Shown piece by piece: positions 10,319 to 19,721 of a DNA stretch of 27,025 nt. The position numbers and the translations under genes are program-made. Location: assembly GCF_000143415.4 (NCBI RefSeq), contig NW_003314403.1:269248-296272 (forward strand), given 5' to 3'. The DNA comes from Selaginella moellendorffii. Taxonomy: Eukaryota; Plantae; Lycopodiophyta. Position 1 is the stretch's first letter, and each line of letters begins with the position of its first letter. Under the pieces are notes generated by a model. It did no database searches. It was not told where the DNA came from and saw only the letters and a program-made list of their open reading frames with translations.

Positions 10319-11375
10319 CTTCTCGTTTTTCTTAACCTTGTCTAGAGCGCCTAGACACAGTCAAAATTTTCAAGCTTCTGACGTAGAGCTCACTCTATGA
10401 AATGCTCATCTTGTTGTACAGTTGATGCTTGATCCTGATGCTGATTGACCCCTGCGTACGTAACAAACCCGGCATTAGCTGGAGGGCAGTGCCAAGAAAG
10501 ACGAGAGAAAACGGATCCTCGGTTGGTTTTTGCTCGACTTTTCTTTCCTTGGTTGGCGAATTGTTCGTTCTAACTTCGTCGTGATGGTGGTGGTACCACA
10601 GGCATCCACATCCAGTCCATCCCAGCAGCGAAATTTTGCGTCGTGGCGCTTGATCGACGAGCTGCTTGCTTGTAGAGTAATTGTCCCCGCTCGAGAATGT
10701 AATCTATGCGGCAGCCACCGAGTTGTCTCATCTACAAACTTGGAGAGAAAGTTCCAAAGATCGGTTTTCTTTTGCAGAGAGAATGGGCCAGGCCAAAAGA
10801 TTGGATAGAACATTAAAAGAAGTGGGCGATGCGATAATAGAGCTACGAACGCATCCAGGAGGTTCGCAAAATGATGATAGTTGAAACTTCGCGGGAATGC
10901 TGACGTGGGAATAGAGATGCCACGTCGCCTTGGAACTCCTTGTGTGAAGATTGTTTGAAATCTTTGCATAACTATGGAAGAAGCAATAATGGTTGTGGAA
11001 TATTTGGACCATATGATTATGATACATTGAAAAATAATAGACGTATAGTTTTGGCTGTAGAGATGGCAAAGGTGTATGTGCGAGCCATGTGTCCTTCCAG
11101 TGCCGCAAAGGCCACACATTCCACGCCAGAAAGCACACTCACTGCCCACTCCATTCCGCGGCGGAATGGAATGCGACCGGTATGGAATCCCCGGATGATC
11201 CCCCCCTCTCCCGCGAGCGAGAGAGGAGAGAGCGAGCAAAGAGAATAGAATAGTGTCCCCCCTTGGTGTCCTCCACGCATCATTGAGAAGATTAGAATCC
11301 GTTGTGCTCTCCACTTTGAGTCTCGAGATTCGAGAGCGATGATTTTGTTCGCTGCGCTGCGCTTGCTCCTCCGCC

Positions 11376-11382
11376 TATAAAT
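11376..11382 (+). promoter_or_regulatory. Candidate TATA box of the WD40 gene
   Basis: CCTATAAAT about 305 nt upstream of ATG 11685, followed by pyrimidine-rich leader-like sequence. Confidence 0.5.
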
Positions 11383-11684
11383 GTTGTGAGCTGTCTTTGT
11401 CTACGCTACGCCTCTTGAGTTGCGCCTTCGTTCTTCCAGTCGGCCTTGTTGTTGTTCGTCCTTCCCTGTAACGTCTCTAGTCGCTTTCTCGGGCTTTTCT
11501 CCGCACAGGGTATCTTTGTCACGACTCCACTCGCGAGAAAGTTTTTGCTTGCTTGCCTGCTGTGAGCGACTTCGAGAGAGCCGAGAGCTTGTTGGTGTTG
11601 ATCTTCCCACCAGCCCTCCAGAGCAGACTTTGAAGCTTCATGTGATTCTCACCCGCACGAATCTCATCCGTCTCACACGCCACC

Positions 11685-13244
11685 ATGGGAATTCTCCTCC
11701 CACATCTGCCAAAGGAATCGCTTACTGAGACTCGAGTCACGAGCATTTCCTCCATACCTGAGGCAGCCGCTTTAAAGGCTCGCGATCTGTCGTCCACCGC
11801 CGCTTGTGAGGCCTTGATGGTAAGCTCCAAGTCTCCGCTTCGTCGGTCCGCCGGTATGGATTTAGAATTAGTTCTCCAGTTCGATGCCAACCCGGCCGTG
11901 CTTTTGCCTAGCAGCGATAGCGATAGCAACAGCAATGCCTTCTCCAGCACTAGCAGAAGCAGCAGCAACTTGTCCGACTCCTCCTCTTGCTCGGACAACG
12001 AATCTCTCTGCTCCTACCGTTGCCTCAGGAGCTTCAACCAGGAGAGCCATGCAGTCTTTTCCCTCGGCCTTGTTCACGATGGCGGAGTCATCTGCGGTGG
12101 CCTGGGAAACAACCAGATCTCAGTGTGGAGACACTCGGATGCCACTCACCTTCTCACGTTGAGAAGCAAGCTTCACGCCGGTGCTGTCAAGTCGCTGCTT
12201 GTGGCTGGCGACAAGCTCTTCAGCGCTCACCAGGACAAGAAGATCCGGGTGTGGCGGCTTTCCAAATCCAACCACACGCAGCACACTCTCGTCGCAACGC
12301 TTCCAACTCTCAAGGACCTGGTAGCAGAATCAACGTCGTCAAGGTTCCCGAGCAAAAAGAACAAGGCCGCAAGATCAGTCCAACATACCGACGTAGTGTC
12401 CGCGCTAGCACTCGGCGACGGCGTCGTGTACTCGGCCTCCTGGGACAAGACTGTCAAGGTTTGGAGGCTGTCCGATCTCAAATGCATCGAGTCGTTCGTG
12501 GCTCACGACGATGCAGTCAAAGCTCTGGTGGCGAAAGCGGGATTTCTCTACACAGCCTCTGTAGACTCAAAGATCAAGATCTGGAAAAGAGAAGCGAGCG
12601 ACAAGAAAAGTAGTAAAACTTACCACAGGCACTTGCTGGCCAGAGTTCTTGAGCGTCCAGGCAATTGCTCCAGCGCAGTGAATGCATTGGCACTGGGTGG
12701 CGATGGAGGAGATGACAAGGTTCTCTACGGCGGATCCAGCGACTCATCCATCTCCGTGTGGGAATTAAATCCCGACATGGAAGCCGTGAGCTTGAGTGGC
12801 CTTCTCAGCGGCCACACACAAGCAGTAGCTTGCCTGGCAACACTCCGCGATCTCCTGTGTAGTGGCTCTGCCGATAAAACCATAAGATTGTGGAGAAGAG
12901 AGCGAAAGCAAGGATGCTCACCATCGCATATTTCCTTGTCCGTTGTCCAAGGCCACACCGGCCCCGTCAAATCGATCGTGCTCGCCCCCGACAGGATCGG
13001 CCTGTGTAGCATCACCAGTGGAAGCCTCGACGGCCAGGCCAAAATGTGGAGAGTCTATCCCTGCCAGGAGCGAGACGAAGAAGAAAAAGAATCTCCCCAG
13101 TCAGAGCGCTTCTACTTCAATAGCAGCGATCCACTCACCGCGAGAAGCGAGGCGCAGCAGTGGAAGCTCAGCACGATCAAGCACGCCCTAGACGAAGGCG
13201 GCCACTTCTTCCGCCTTGCATTTGAAACCCTCCAATGCTCATAG
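11685..13244 (+). CDS. Intronless WD40-repeat protein, JINGUBANG-like family, 519 aa
   Basis: Ser-rich N-terminus, then WD repeats with family motifs GAVKSLLVAGDKLFSAHQDKKIRVW, TLPTLKD, HTDVVSALAL, YSASWDKTVKVWRLSDLKCIESF, AHDDAV, CSGSADKTIRLWRR and GHTGPVK. Confidence 0.9.
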   Translation: MGILLPHLPKESLTETRVTSISSIPEAAALKARDLSSTAACEALMVSSKSPLRRSAGMDLELVLQFDANPAVLLPSSDSDSNSNAFSSTSRSSSNLSDSSSCSDNESLCSYRCLRSFNQESHAVFSLGLVHDGGVICGGLGNNQISVWRHSDATHLLTLRSKLHAGAVKSLLVAGDKLFSAHQDKKIRVWRLSKSNHTQHTLVATLPTLKDLVAESTSSRFPSKKNKAARSVQHTDVVSALALGDGVVYSASWDKTVKVWRLSDLKCIESFVAHDDAVKALVAKAGFLYTASVDSKIKIWKREASDKKSSKTYHRHLLARVLERPGNCSSAVNALALGGDGGDDKVLYGGSSDSSISVWELNPDMEAVSLSGLLSGHTQAVACLATLRDLLCSGSADKTIRLWRRERKQGCSPSHISLSVVQGHTGPVKSIVLAPDRIGLCSITSGSLDGQAKMWRVYPCQERDEEEKESPQSERFYFNSSDPLTARSEAQQWKLSTIKHALDEGGHFFRLAFETLQCS

Positions 13245-13447
13245 CCAGGAACCCTAGCTTTTTAAATTCTAGGGTTCTTCCTTCTTTAATGCAAGTGTAT
13301 ACTGCAGCGCCATACGAGCCTTCTGCGGGGTAACTTGTTTTGAAAGACGAATCGTATCAATCTTGATCGAGTGTCAAGAAAAAAAACCTTTGATATCTTG
13401 CGAGACGATTGAGTTACCTTTGCTAGAACACAAGTGAGTGAAAGGAT

Positions 13448-13493
13448 TTCTTCTTCTTCTTCTTCTTCTTCTTCTTCTTCTTCTTCTTCTTCT
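13448..13493. repeat. (TTC)15 microsatellite
   Basis: Perfect TTC run, directly visible. Confidence 0.95.
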
Positions 13494-13546
13494 AGACCTT
13501 TAAAACTCTTTTCTCCTGTGATTCCTAGGCTGCAACTCTTCTAGAT

Positions 13547-14807
13547 AATCAGCTCATCGTTGCAAAGCTTTCCAACATCAGCGGAAGGAAAAGAGGCGTG
13601 GAACTTGGCAGTGCTAGTGACGATGGCGACTCTAGCAGCAGTGATTTTAACAGTGATGACAAAGAAATGAGTGACAAAGCTCCCAAACTTGAGGTCAGCA
13701 ACTTGTAGGCAAGATCTTTAGCCAGGTCCGCATGATAGCTCATGAGGGATCATCAATCGCATTTGTGCCAACAAGAACCAGAAACTGAAGTTGTCGAGAT
13801 ATGAAGCTTCTCACCATGGTTTGCGTTGCTCTCATACTTTCACCGGGTTTGGGACTTTCTAGCCTCTTGCTAGAACTTGCCGAAAGCAGCCAGTGCTTTT
13901 TCTTGGGTTACAAACCAAGCACCTCTCCAAGTTGTTTCTCATGGGGTGGAAGGATTTGCTTTGGATTGGAGTTCGGCACACCATGGATAGCTCGCGTCGT
14001 GCTTTGAACTGATTGATCAAACTTTTTCTTTTGCTAAGCCTTGCTTTTCTTTCATCCAGGCAAGTGAATCATCTTTCTTTGTTGCGTTTACATAAACTTG
14101 ATGATCAGTGGTGTTCGAGGGTGGATTCCTTTGAGCTTGCGTCTTGCTCCTCCAATGGAATAATTAGTCTGTGGGAGTTTCCACTGGTACTTGGAAAATG
14201 GTGGTGAAAGTCCATGACACAGATGCTAACGTGATCTCTTGGAACAGGTATAAAGAACAAACACTTCACTGTCAAGTTCCCCAAAGTCCCAGTTTCAAAC
14301 AGCAGCTTGCCACTGGTGGTGACGATGGCATCATCCATGTATGGCATCTATGCTCTTTCTTGCGCTTAAATTCTATACTTCCTCAATATCTAAATTTTGC
14401 AGGATTGTCATCCCATTTACAGTACTGTTTATCATTCTGCCACAATAATTTCCATCAAATGGTCTTCTCATGAAAATTCCATGTTGGTGGCAACCTCAGC
14501 TGATGTAGCGTGTGTCTCTCTTTTCTTGGTTTAGCTCACATTCTATCGTTGTTATGAGCAGTGTGTGGGATTTGGAAGCTTTCCCAGATCAAGAAGCACA
14601 AGTGAAACAATCTCCTCAAGGCTTGCCTGAAAAGCATGGTAAAAGTTTTTAGATTAATTTTTTAATATTCCAAAGAGAAGTAAATGTATCTCTTTTCTTC
14701 AGGGACAAAGCAACTTAAAAGAAGTTCACTAGCATCCATAGCTACTGGAAACAATCTTCTCAACATCTCTCAGCAATTTCAACGTTTTCAAGCCCTCCAA
14801 TCTCTAA
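13547..14807 (+). pseudogene. GRWD1/Rrb1/HTD1-like WD40 pseudogene (unprocessed)
   Basis: Ordered remnants: NQLIVAKLSNISGRKR, acidic tract, APKLE/VRMIAHEG-frameshift-INRI, VWDF, NQAPLQVVSHGVEGFALDWS, LASCSSNGIISLWE, VHDTDANVISWNR, LATGGDDGIIHVW, ISIKWSSHENSMLVATSAD, VWDL, GQSNLKEVH*HP*..FNVFKPSNL*. Multiple stops and frameshifts; introns retained. Confidence 0.85.
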
Positions 14808-14894
14808 AATCTAAAGCTCTTCTAAGGCAATCTTGAGTTTAAGCGGGAGGGGGCCAGTTGGAGAAGGTTTACCATGAAGATACTGCGATTGCTC

Positions 14895-16481
14895 TTAGCT
14901 ACTATAGACGCTTCTCTCAAGCCGTGCTTTCGGAACAGCAATGAGCGGTTGTGTTTTGTGACAAACCAAGCCATAAGTCTCGTCCATGTTGATGTCAGCT
15001 GGATCTTGTCCCTTCGCCAACTTCCACTCGAATCCTTGAACCAGTGTAGCAATGCCAATCTGCAGCGTGTCAAATCCAAGTTTAGCTCCAGGGCACATTC
15101 GCCTTCCAGATCCGAATGGCAGCAAGTTGTAATCTTGTCCGAACACATCAATGTCAGCCTCTAGAAATCGCTCGGGCCGGTACTTCATTGGATCTTTCCA
15201 GTGTGCAGGATCAATGCCGAGCGAATGGAAGTTGACAAAGGCGCAGGTACCGTTAGGAATGGTGTAGCCACCAAGTTTTGAAGGACCTCCTCGGACTACC
15301 TTGGGAAGAGCCAGTGGTGCTAGCTGGTGCAGCCTCAATGTTTCTTTGGCGATTGCAGCAATGAATGGTAGCTGATCCAAGTCTGAATCTTCCACCAATC
15401 TGTTGCTTCCAACCACAGAATCTATATCCTTGCGGGCCTTTTCCATGGCGGATGGGTGGCGAAGGAGCTCTGTGATGGCCCATTCCAGTGAGAGTGCTGA
15501 AGTATCCACTGCACCAAGCAACATATCCTGAAACAAATTTGGATGACTTATATATTGCAGGAAACCACTTACGAAGAGAAGGGAGAGCTTGGTAATATCT
15601 GAAACTTCTTCTTCAGTTGAATCCAGAGAAAGGAGGACGTCAATGAACGGAACAGGCTCATCTCTCCCATACTTTCGAGGGTTCCTTCTATGATCTTGCA
15701 GGACAGAAAGCAAGTAGTCGTTCACCTTAGCTATCAGCTGCTTGTACCGTTTCTCCAAGCGTTGAACGTCCAGCCATTTGATTCCTGGGATGAAATCACT
15801 GATGTTGAATACCCCTGACAATCTTAAGCTTTCTATAACTGCATCCGCAAAAGCGTCAAGTGCTGCTGTGTTCCTGGCATGCGCCCCGTAGAAACGCTCT
15901 CCGAAGAGCATGTAAGTGATGATGTTCACGTTCAGGTTGTGGAACTTGTCTCTGAGCTTGATCGGTGTGCCTTCTGCAGACACAATCGAACGCGCTAGAC
16001 TGCATTGTTCTTCCCTGCGGATCTTGTCGTAGACTTTGAGCCTGGTTGCCGAGAGCAGATGAGTGTTGACGATCTTCCTGTACAGTTTCAGCTGTGGAGT
16101 GTACTCCGCATAAATAATCCCATTGAAATCATTGCCAAAATGCCTGCCAGCTATAGTAGGAACTTTAGAAGCAAACTCAAGGCCACGATACTTGTACAGT
16201 TCCTTTGCTGCTTCTTCAGAGCTCACAACTACGAACGGTACTGTACCAAATTTGAGATGCATAATGCCACCGTACTTTCTAGACAGCTCGTGAAGAGACA
16301 CATGAGGAAGAGGGCCAATCAAATGAAGACAACCAATCATAGGCAGGCTAAATGGTCCAGGGGGAAGATCGCTGGGCTTTCTGAAGAACCATCTTGAAGT
16401 GACAATCACAAGCAGCAATACAAGCAACAACGAGTAGCAGTTTTCTTGTAGGAAAGCTGGAATGCTGGACAGAAGCTCCAT
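14895..16481 (-). CDS. Cytochrome P450, CYP71 clan, copy A, 513 aa, 2 exons
   Basis: Exons 16481-15573 and 15527-14895; 45-nt phase-0 GT-AG intron at the I helix. Membrane anchor, LPPGP hinge, KETLR, PERF and PFGSGRRMCPG are all present. Confidence 0.95.
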   Translation of the reverse strand: MELLSSIPAFLQENCYSLLLVLLLVIVTSRWFFRKPSDLPPGPFSLPMIGCLHLIGPLPHVSLHELSRKYGGIMHLKFGTVPFVVVSSEEAAKELYKYRGLEFASKVPTIAGRHFGNDFNGIIYAEYTPQLKLYRKIVNTHLLSATRLKVYDKIRREEQCSLARSIVSAEGTPIKLRDKFHNLNVNIITYMLFGERFYGAHARNTAALDAFADAVIESLRLSGVFNISDFIPGIKWLDVQRLEKRYKQLIAKVNDYLLSVLQDHRRNPRKYGRDEPVPFIDVLLSLDSTEEEVSDITKLSLLFVSGFLQYISHPNLFQDMLLGAVDTSALSLEWAITELLRHPSAMEKARKDIDSVVGSNRLVEDSDLDQLPFIAAIAKETLRLHQLAPLALPKVVRGGPSKLGGYTIPNGTCAFVNFHSLGIDPAHWKDPMKYRPERFLEADIDVFGQDYNLLPFGSGRRMCPGAKLGFDTLQIGIATLVQGFEWKLAKGQDPADINMDETYGLVCHKTQPLIAVPKARLERSVYSS

Positions 16482-16568
16482 TCTTTCTATTCTTTGCTGG
16501 AAGGAGCACCAAACAGAGCAGAGAGAGGTGCTGGGCTTAAGAAGGAAGAAATTCTCCTACCTTAGCAA

Positions 16569-16746
16569 AAGAAATAGCCGTCCTTGTGTGACATGCGCTG
16601 GACAATGTTTTTGTGTATTGTGTGAAATAGACGTTCTACTTACCTGGCTCCAGTGAGAAGAAATAGCCGGCCTTGTGTGACACGCGCTGGACAATGTTCT
16701 TGTGTATTGTGTGAAATAGACGTTCTACTTACCTGGCTCCAGTGAG
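16569..16746. repeat. 89-bp direct tandem duplication upstream of P450 copy A
   Basis: 16569-16657 and 16658-16746 differ at only 3 positions. A single unit occurs upstream of copy B (about 19811-19894). Confidence 0.93.
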
Positions 16747-17807
16747 CAAACAAAGTCGAAGCAATCTGGACCGAGACAAGGAATCGAGAAAACGAGATTG
16801 TGTGCCTTATACTGTGGGTTTTAATAGTGATTGTATTGCTTGCAATAATTATGGACAAACTGGATCCTTTGCCGGGTTGACTAATGGAAATTGTTTGTTT
16901 TTAAAGGTATCATAAAATATTCCTTGTATACTTCTTTATATACCTTATATTATATAAATATATAAATATAAATAAAGAAGTGATTAAGTTTCATGCTCTT
17001 TTTTTATCAAGTTGCAATGTTCTTCTACAATATTAAAAACTGTAAAAAAAAAAATCCATTAATTCCTCTTAGCTTAATTTAGCTTATTTATTGTATAGCT
17101 TTTCAATATCTTTTCAATATTGTATACAGATCATCTAATTGGGATTAAATATAATCCATCCATTTTTGTATATAAACAAAGGCTTTTACCCCAATGAATA
17201 TAACTATTCCTATGTCCTAAACACTCATAATTTCTGAAAGTTCCCTAGAGAGTAAAGTTTTTTGGAAGAGCTTTGATTTAATATTCAAGATTGTGTTTTT
17301 GCTTTTATAATTCCCTTAAATTTAGATTTGTTGTAATTTTTGCTTAGATCAAGGATTGTAGCTATCAAATTTGCTCCTTTTTTAATCTTCATTGCATTCC
17401 TTTTTTATTTTGTCATGCCACATTGTTCTCAATGTGTTGTTCAAAGCTTTATTCATTATCTAAATCTGGCAACATTGTCTCTATTATTGTATCACACATT
17501 GATCAAGTTTTTGTTGTTATGAGGTGTGATTTTGTTAGTGCTACTTCAATCCTCAGTGTGCTTTAGTGGGACATAGTTACACAACTTTTTTACTATTTTT
17601 ATTATTTACTAGTTACTAGTTACTAGTTACTATTTTTTATATTATGATATCTTTTGCTAATGTGAAGTGAATTTAAAGTTATGGATGCTGCAATTTAGTT
17701 CTTAGAGGATTTTGAAAATCAAGAAGATGATGTTTATAAGCTCAAATGGATTCTTGTTGATAAGAAATTCAATTACTTTGAAAATAACTTTTGGAGATAA
17801 ATTAAAT

Positions 17808-18050
17808 ATCCTCCGATGGAACTGTCAGACTGTGGGAGTTTCCACTGGTACTTGCAAAACAGTGGTGAAAGTCCATGACACGGATGCTAACGTGATCTCT
17901 TGGAACAGGTATGTGGTTCTCAAGAACAAACACTTCACTGTCAAGTTCCCCAAAGTCCTAGTTTCAAATGGCAGCTCGCCACTGGCGGTGATGATGGTCC
18001 ATAGCTACTGAAAAACAATCGTCTCAACATCTCCTAGCAATTTCAACGTC
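17808..18050 (+). pseudogene. Second, internally deleted fragment of the GRWD1-like pseudogene
   Basis: Matches 14148-14328 and then jumps to the equivalent of about 14734 (junction GATGG|TCCATAGC). Encodes VVKVHDTDANVISWNR and LATGGDDG. Confidence 0.85.
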
Positions 18051-18127
18051 CCAATTCCAATTTCTAAGGTGATCTTGAGTTTAAATGGGAGGGGGAGGTT
18101 TACAGTAAAGGTACTCTGCAATTGCTC

Positions 18128-19721
18128 TTAGCTACTATAGATGCTTCCCTCAAGCCGTGCTTTCGGAACAGCAATGAGCGGCTGCGTTTTGTGACAAACC
18201 AAGCCATAAGTCTCGTTCATGTTGATCTCAGCTGGATCTCGTCCCTTCGCCAACTTCCACTCGAATCCTTGAACCAGTGTAGCAATGCCAATCTGCAGCA
18301 TGTCAAATCCAAGTTTAGCTCCAGGGCACCTTCGCCTTCCAGATCCAAACGGCAGCAAGTTGTAATCTTGTCCAAACACGTCGATGTCGGCCTCTAGAAA
18401 TCGCTCGGGCCAGTACTTCATTGGATCTTTCCAGTGTGCAGGATCTATGCCAAGTGAATGGAAGTTGACAAAGGTGCAGGTACCATTAGGAATGGTGTAG
18501 CCACCAAGTTTTGAAGGACCTCCTCGGACTACCTTGGGAAGCGCCAGTGGTGCTAGCTGGTGCAGCCTCAATGTTTCTTTGGCGATTGCAGCGATGAATG
18601 GTAGCTGATCCAAGTCTGAATCTTCCACCAATCTGTTGCTTCCAACCACAGAATCTATATCTTTGCGGGCCTTTTCCATGACGGCTGGGTGACGAAGGAG
18701 CTCTGTGATGGCCCATTCCAGTGAGAGTGCTGAAGTATCCACTGCACCAAGCAACATATCCTGAAACAAATTTGGATGACTTATATATTGTGTAAAGCAG
18801 GAAACCACTTACGAAGAGAAGGGAGAGCTTGGTAATATCTGAAACTTCTTCTTCAGTTGAATCCAGAGAAAGGAGGACGTCAATGAACGGAACAGGCTCA
18901 TCGCTCCTATACTTTCGAGGGTTCCTTCTATGATCTTGCAGGACAGAAAGCAAGTAGTCGTTCACCTTAGCTATCAGCTGCTTGTACCGTTTCTCCAAGC
19001 GTTGAACGTCCAGCCATTTGATAGCTGGGATGAAATCACTGATGTTGAATACCCCTGACAATCTTAAGCTTTCTATAACTGCATCCACAAAAGCGTCAAG
19101 TGCTGCTGTGTTCCTGGCATGCGCCCCGTAGAAACGCTCTCCAAAGAGCATGTAAGTGATAATGTTCACGTTCAGGTTGTGGAACTTGTCTCTGAGCTTG
19201 ATCGGTGTGCCTTCTGCAGAAACAATCGAACGCGCTAGACTGCATTGTTCTTCCCTGCGGATCTTGTCGTAGACTTTGAGCCTGGTTGCCGAGAGCAGAT
19301 GAGTGTTGACGATCTTCCTGTACAGTTTCAGCTGTGGAGTGTACTCCGCATAAACAATCCCATTGAAATCATTGCCAAAATGCCTGCCAGCTATAGTAGG
19401 AACTTTAGAAGCAAACTCAAGGCCACGATACTTGTACAGTTCCTTTGCTGCTTCTTCAGAGCTCACAACTACGAACGGTACTGTACCAAATTTGAGATGC
19501 ATAATGCCACCGTACTTTCTAGACAGCTCGTGAAGAGACACATGAGGAAGAGGGCCAATCAAGTGAAGACAACCAATCACAGGCAGGCTAAATGGTCCAG
19601 GGGGGAGATCGCTGGGCTTTCTGAAGAACCATCTTGAAGTGACAATCACAAGCAGCAATACAAGCAACAACGAGTAGCAGTTTTCTTGTAGGAAAGCTGG
19701 AATGCTGGACAGAAGCTCCAT
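18128..19721 (-). CDS. Cytochrome P450, CYP71 clan, copy B, 513 aa, 2 exons
   Basis: Exons 19721-18813 and 18760-18128; 52-nt intron. About 17 residues differ from copy A. Heme motif PFGSGRRRCPG. Confidence 0.95.

Noticed and set aside
10475-11314. 279-aa minus-strand ORF
   Set aside because: It has a non-ATG start, no recognisable domain and atypical composition, and lies in the WD40 upstream region. It is probably a chance ORF, though not excluded without RNA data.
10400-11680. miRNA precursor in the kinesin-WD40 intergenic region
   Set aside because: Only short inverted repeats were seen, with no long fold-back or conserved mature miRNA that I recognise. RNA folding was not run.
14895-16481. 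528-aa single-exon P450, with copy B as a frameshifted pseudogene
   Set aside because: Both copies have a GT-AG intron at the same site (45 and 52 nt), and splicing gives two intact 513-aa proteins.
16637-16648. TACTTACCTGGC resembling the U1 snRNA 5' end (also at 16726 and about 19874)
   Set aside because: The following sequence does not match U1 stem-loops or the Sm site. It is simply the complement of a consensus splice donor.
4471-16746. 42-bp and 89-bp repeats as CRISPR-like arrays
   Set aside because: They are contiguous tandem units without unique spacers, in a eukaryotic context with no cas genes.
976-19721. Biosynthetic gene cluster (CYP88 fragment plus two P450s)
   Set aside because: The CYP88 piece is non-functional, there is no scaffold-forming enzyme in the window, and the intervening genes are unrelated.
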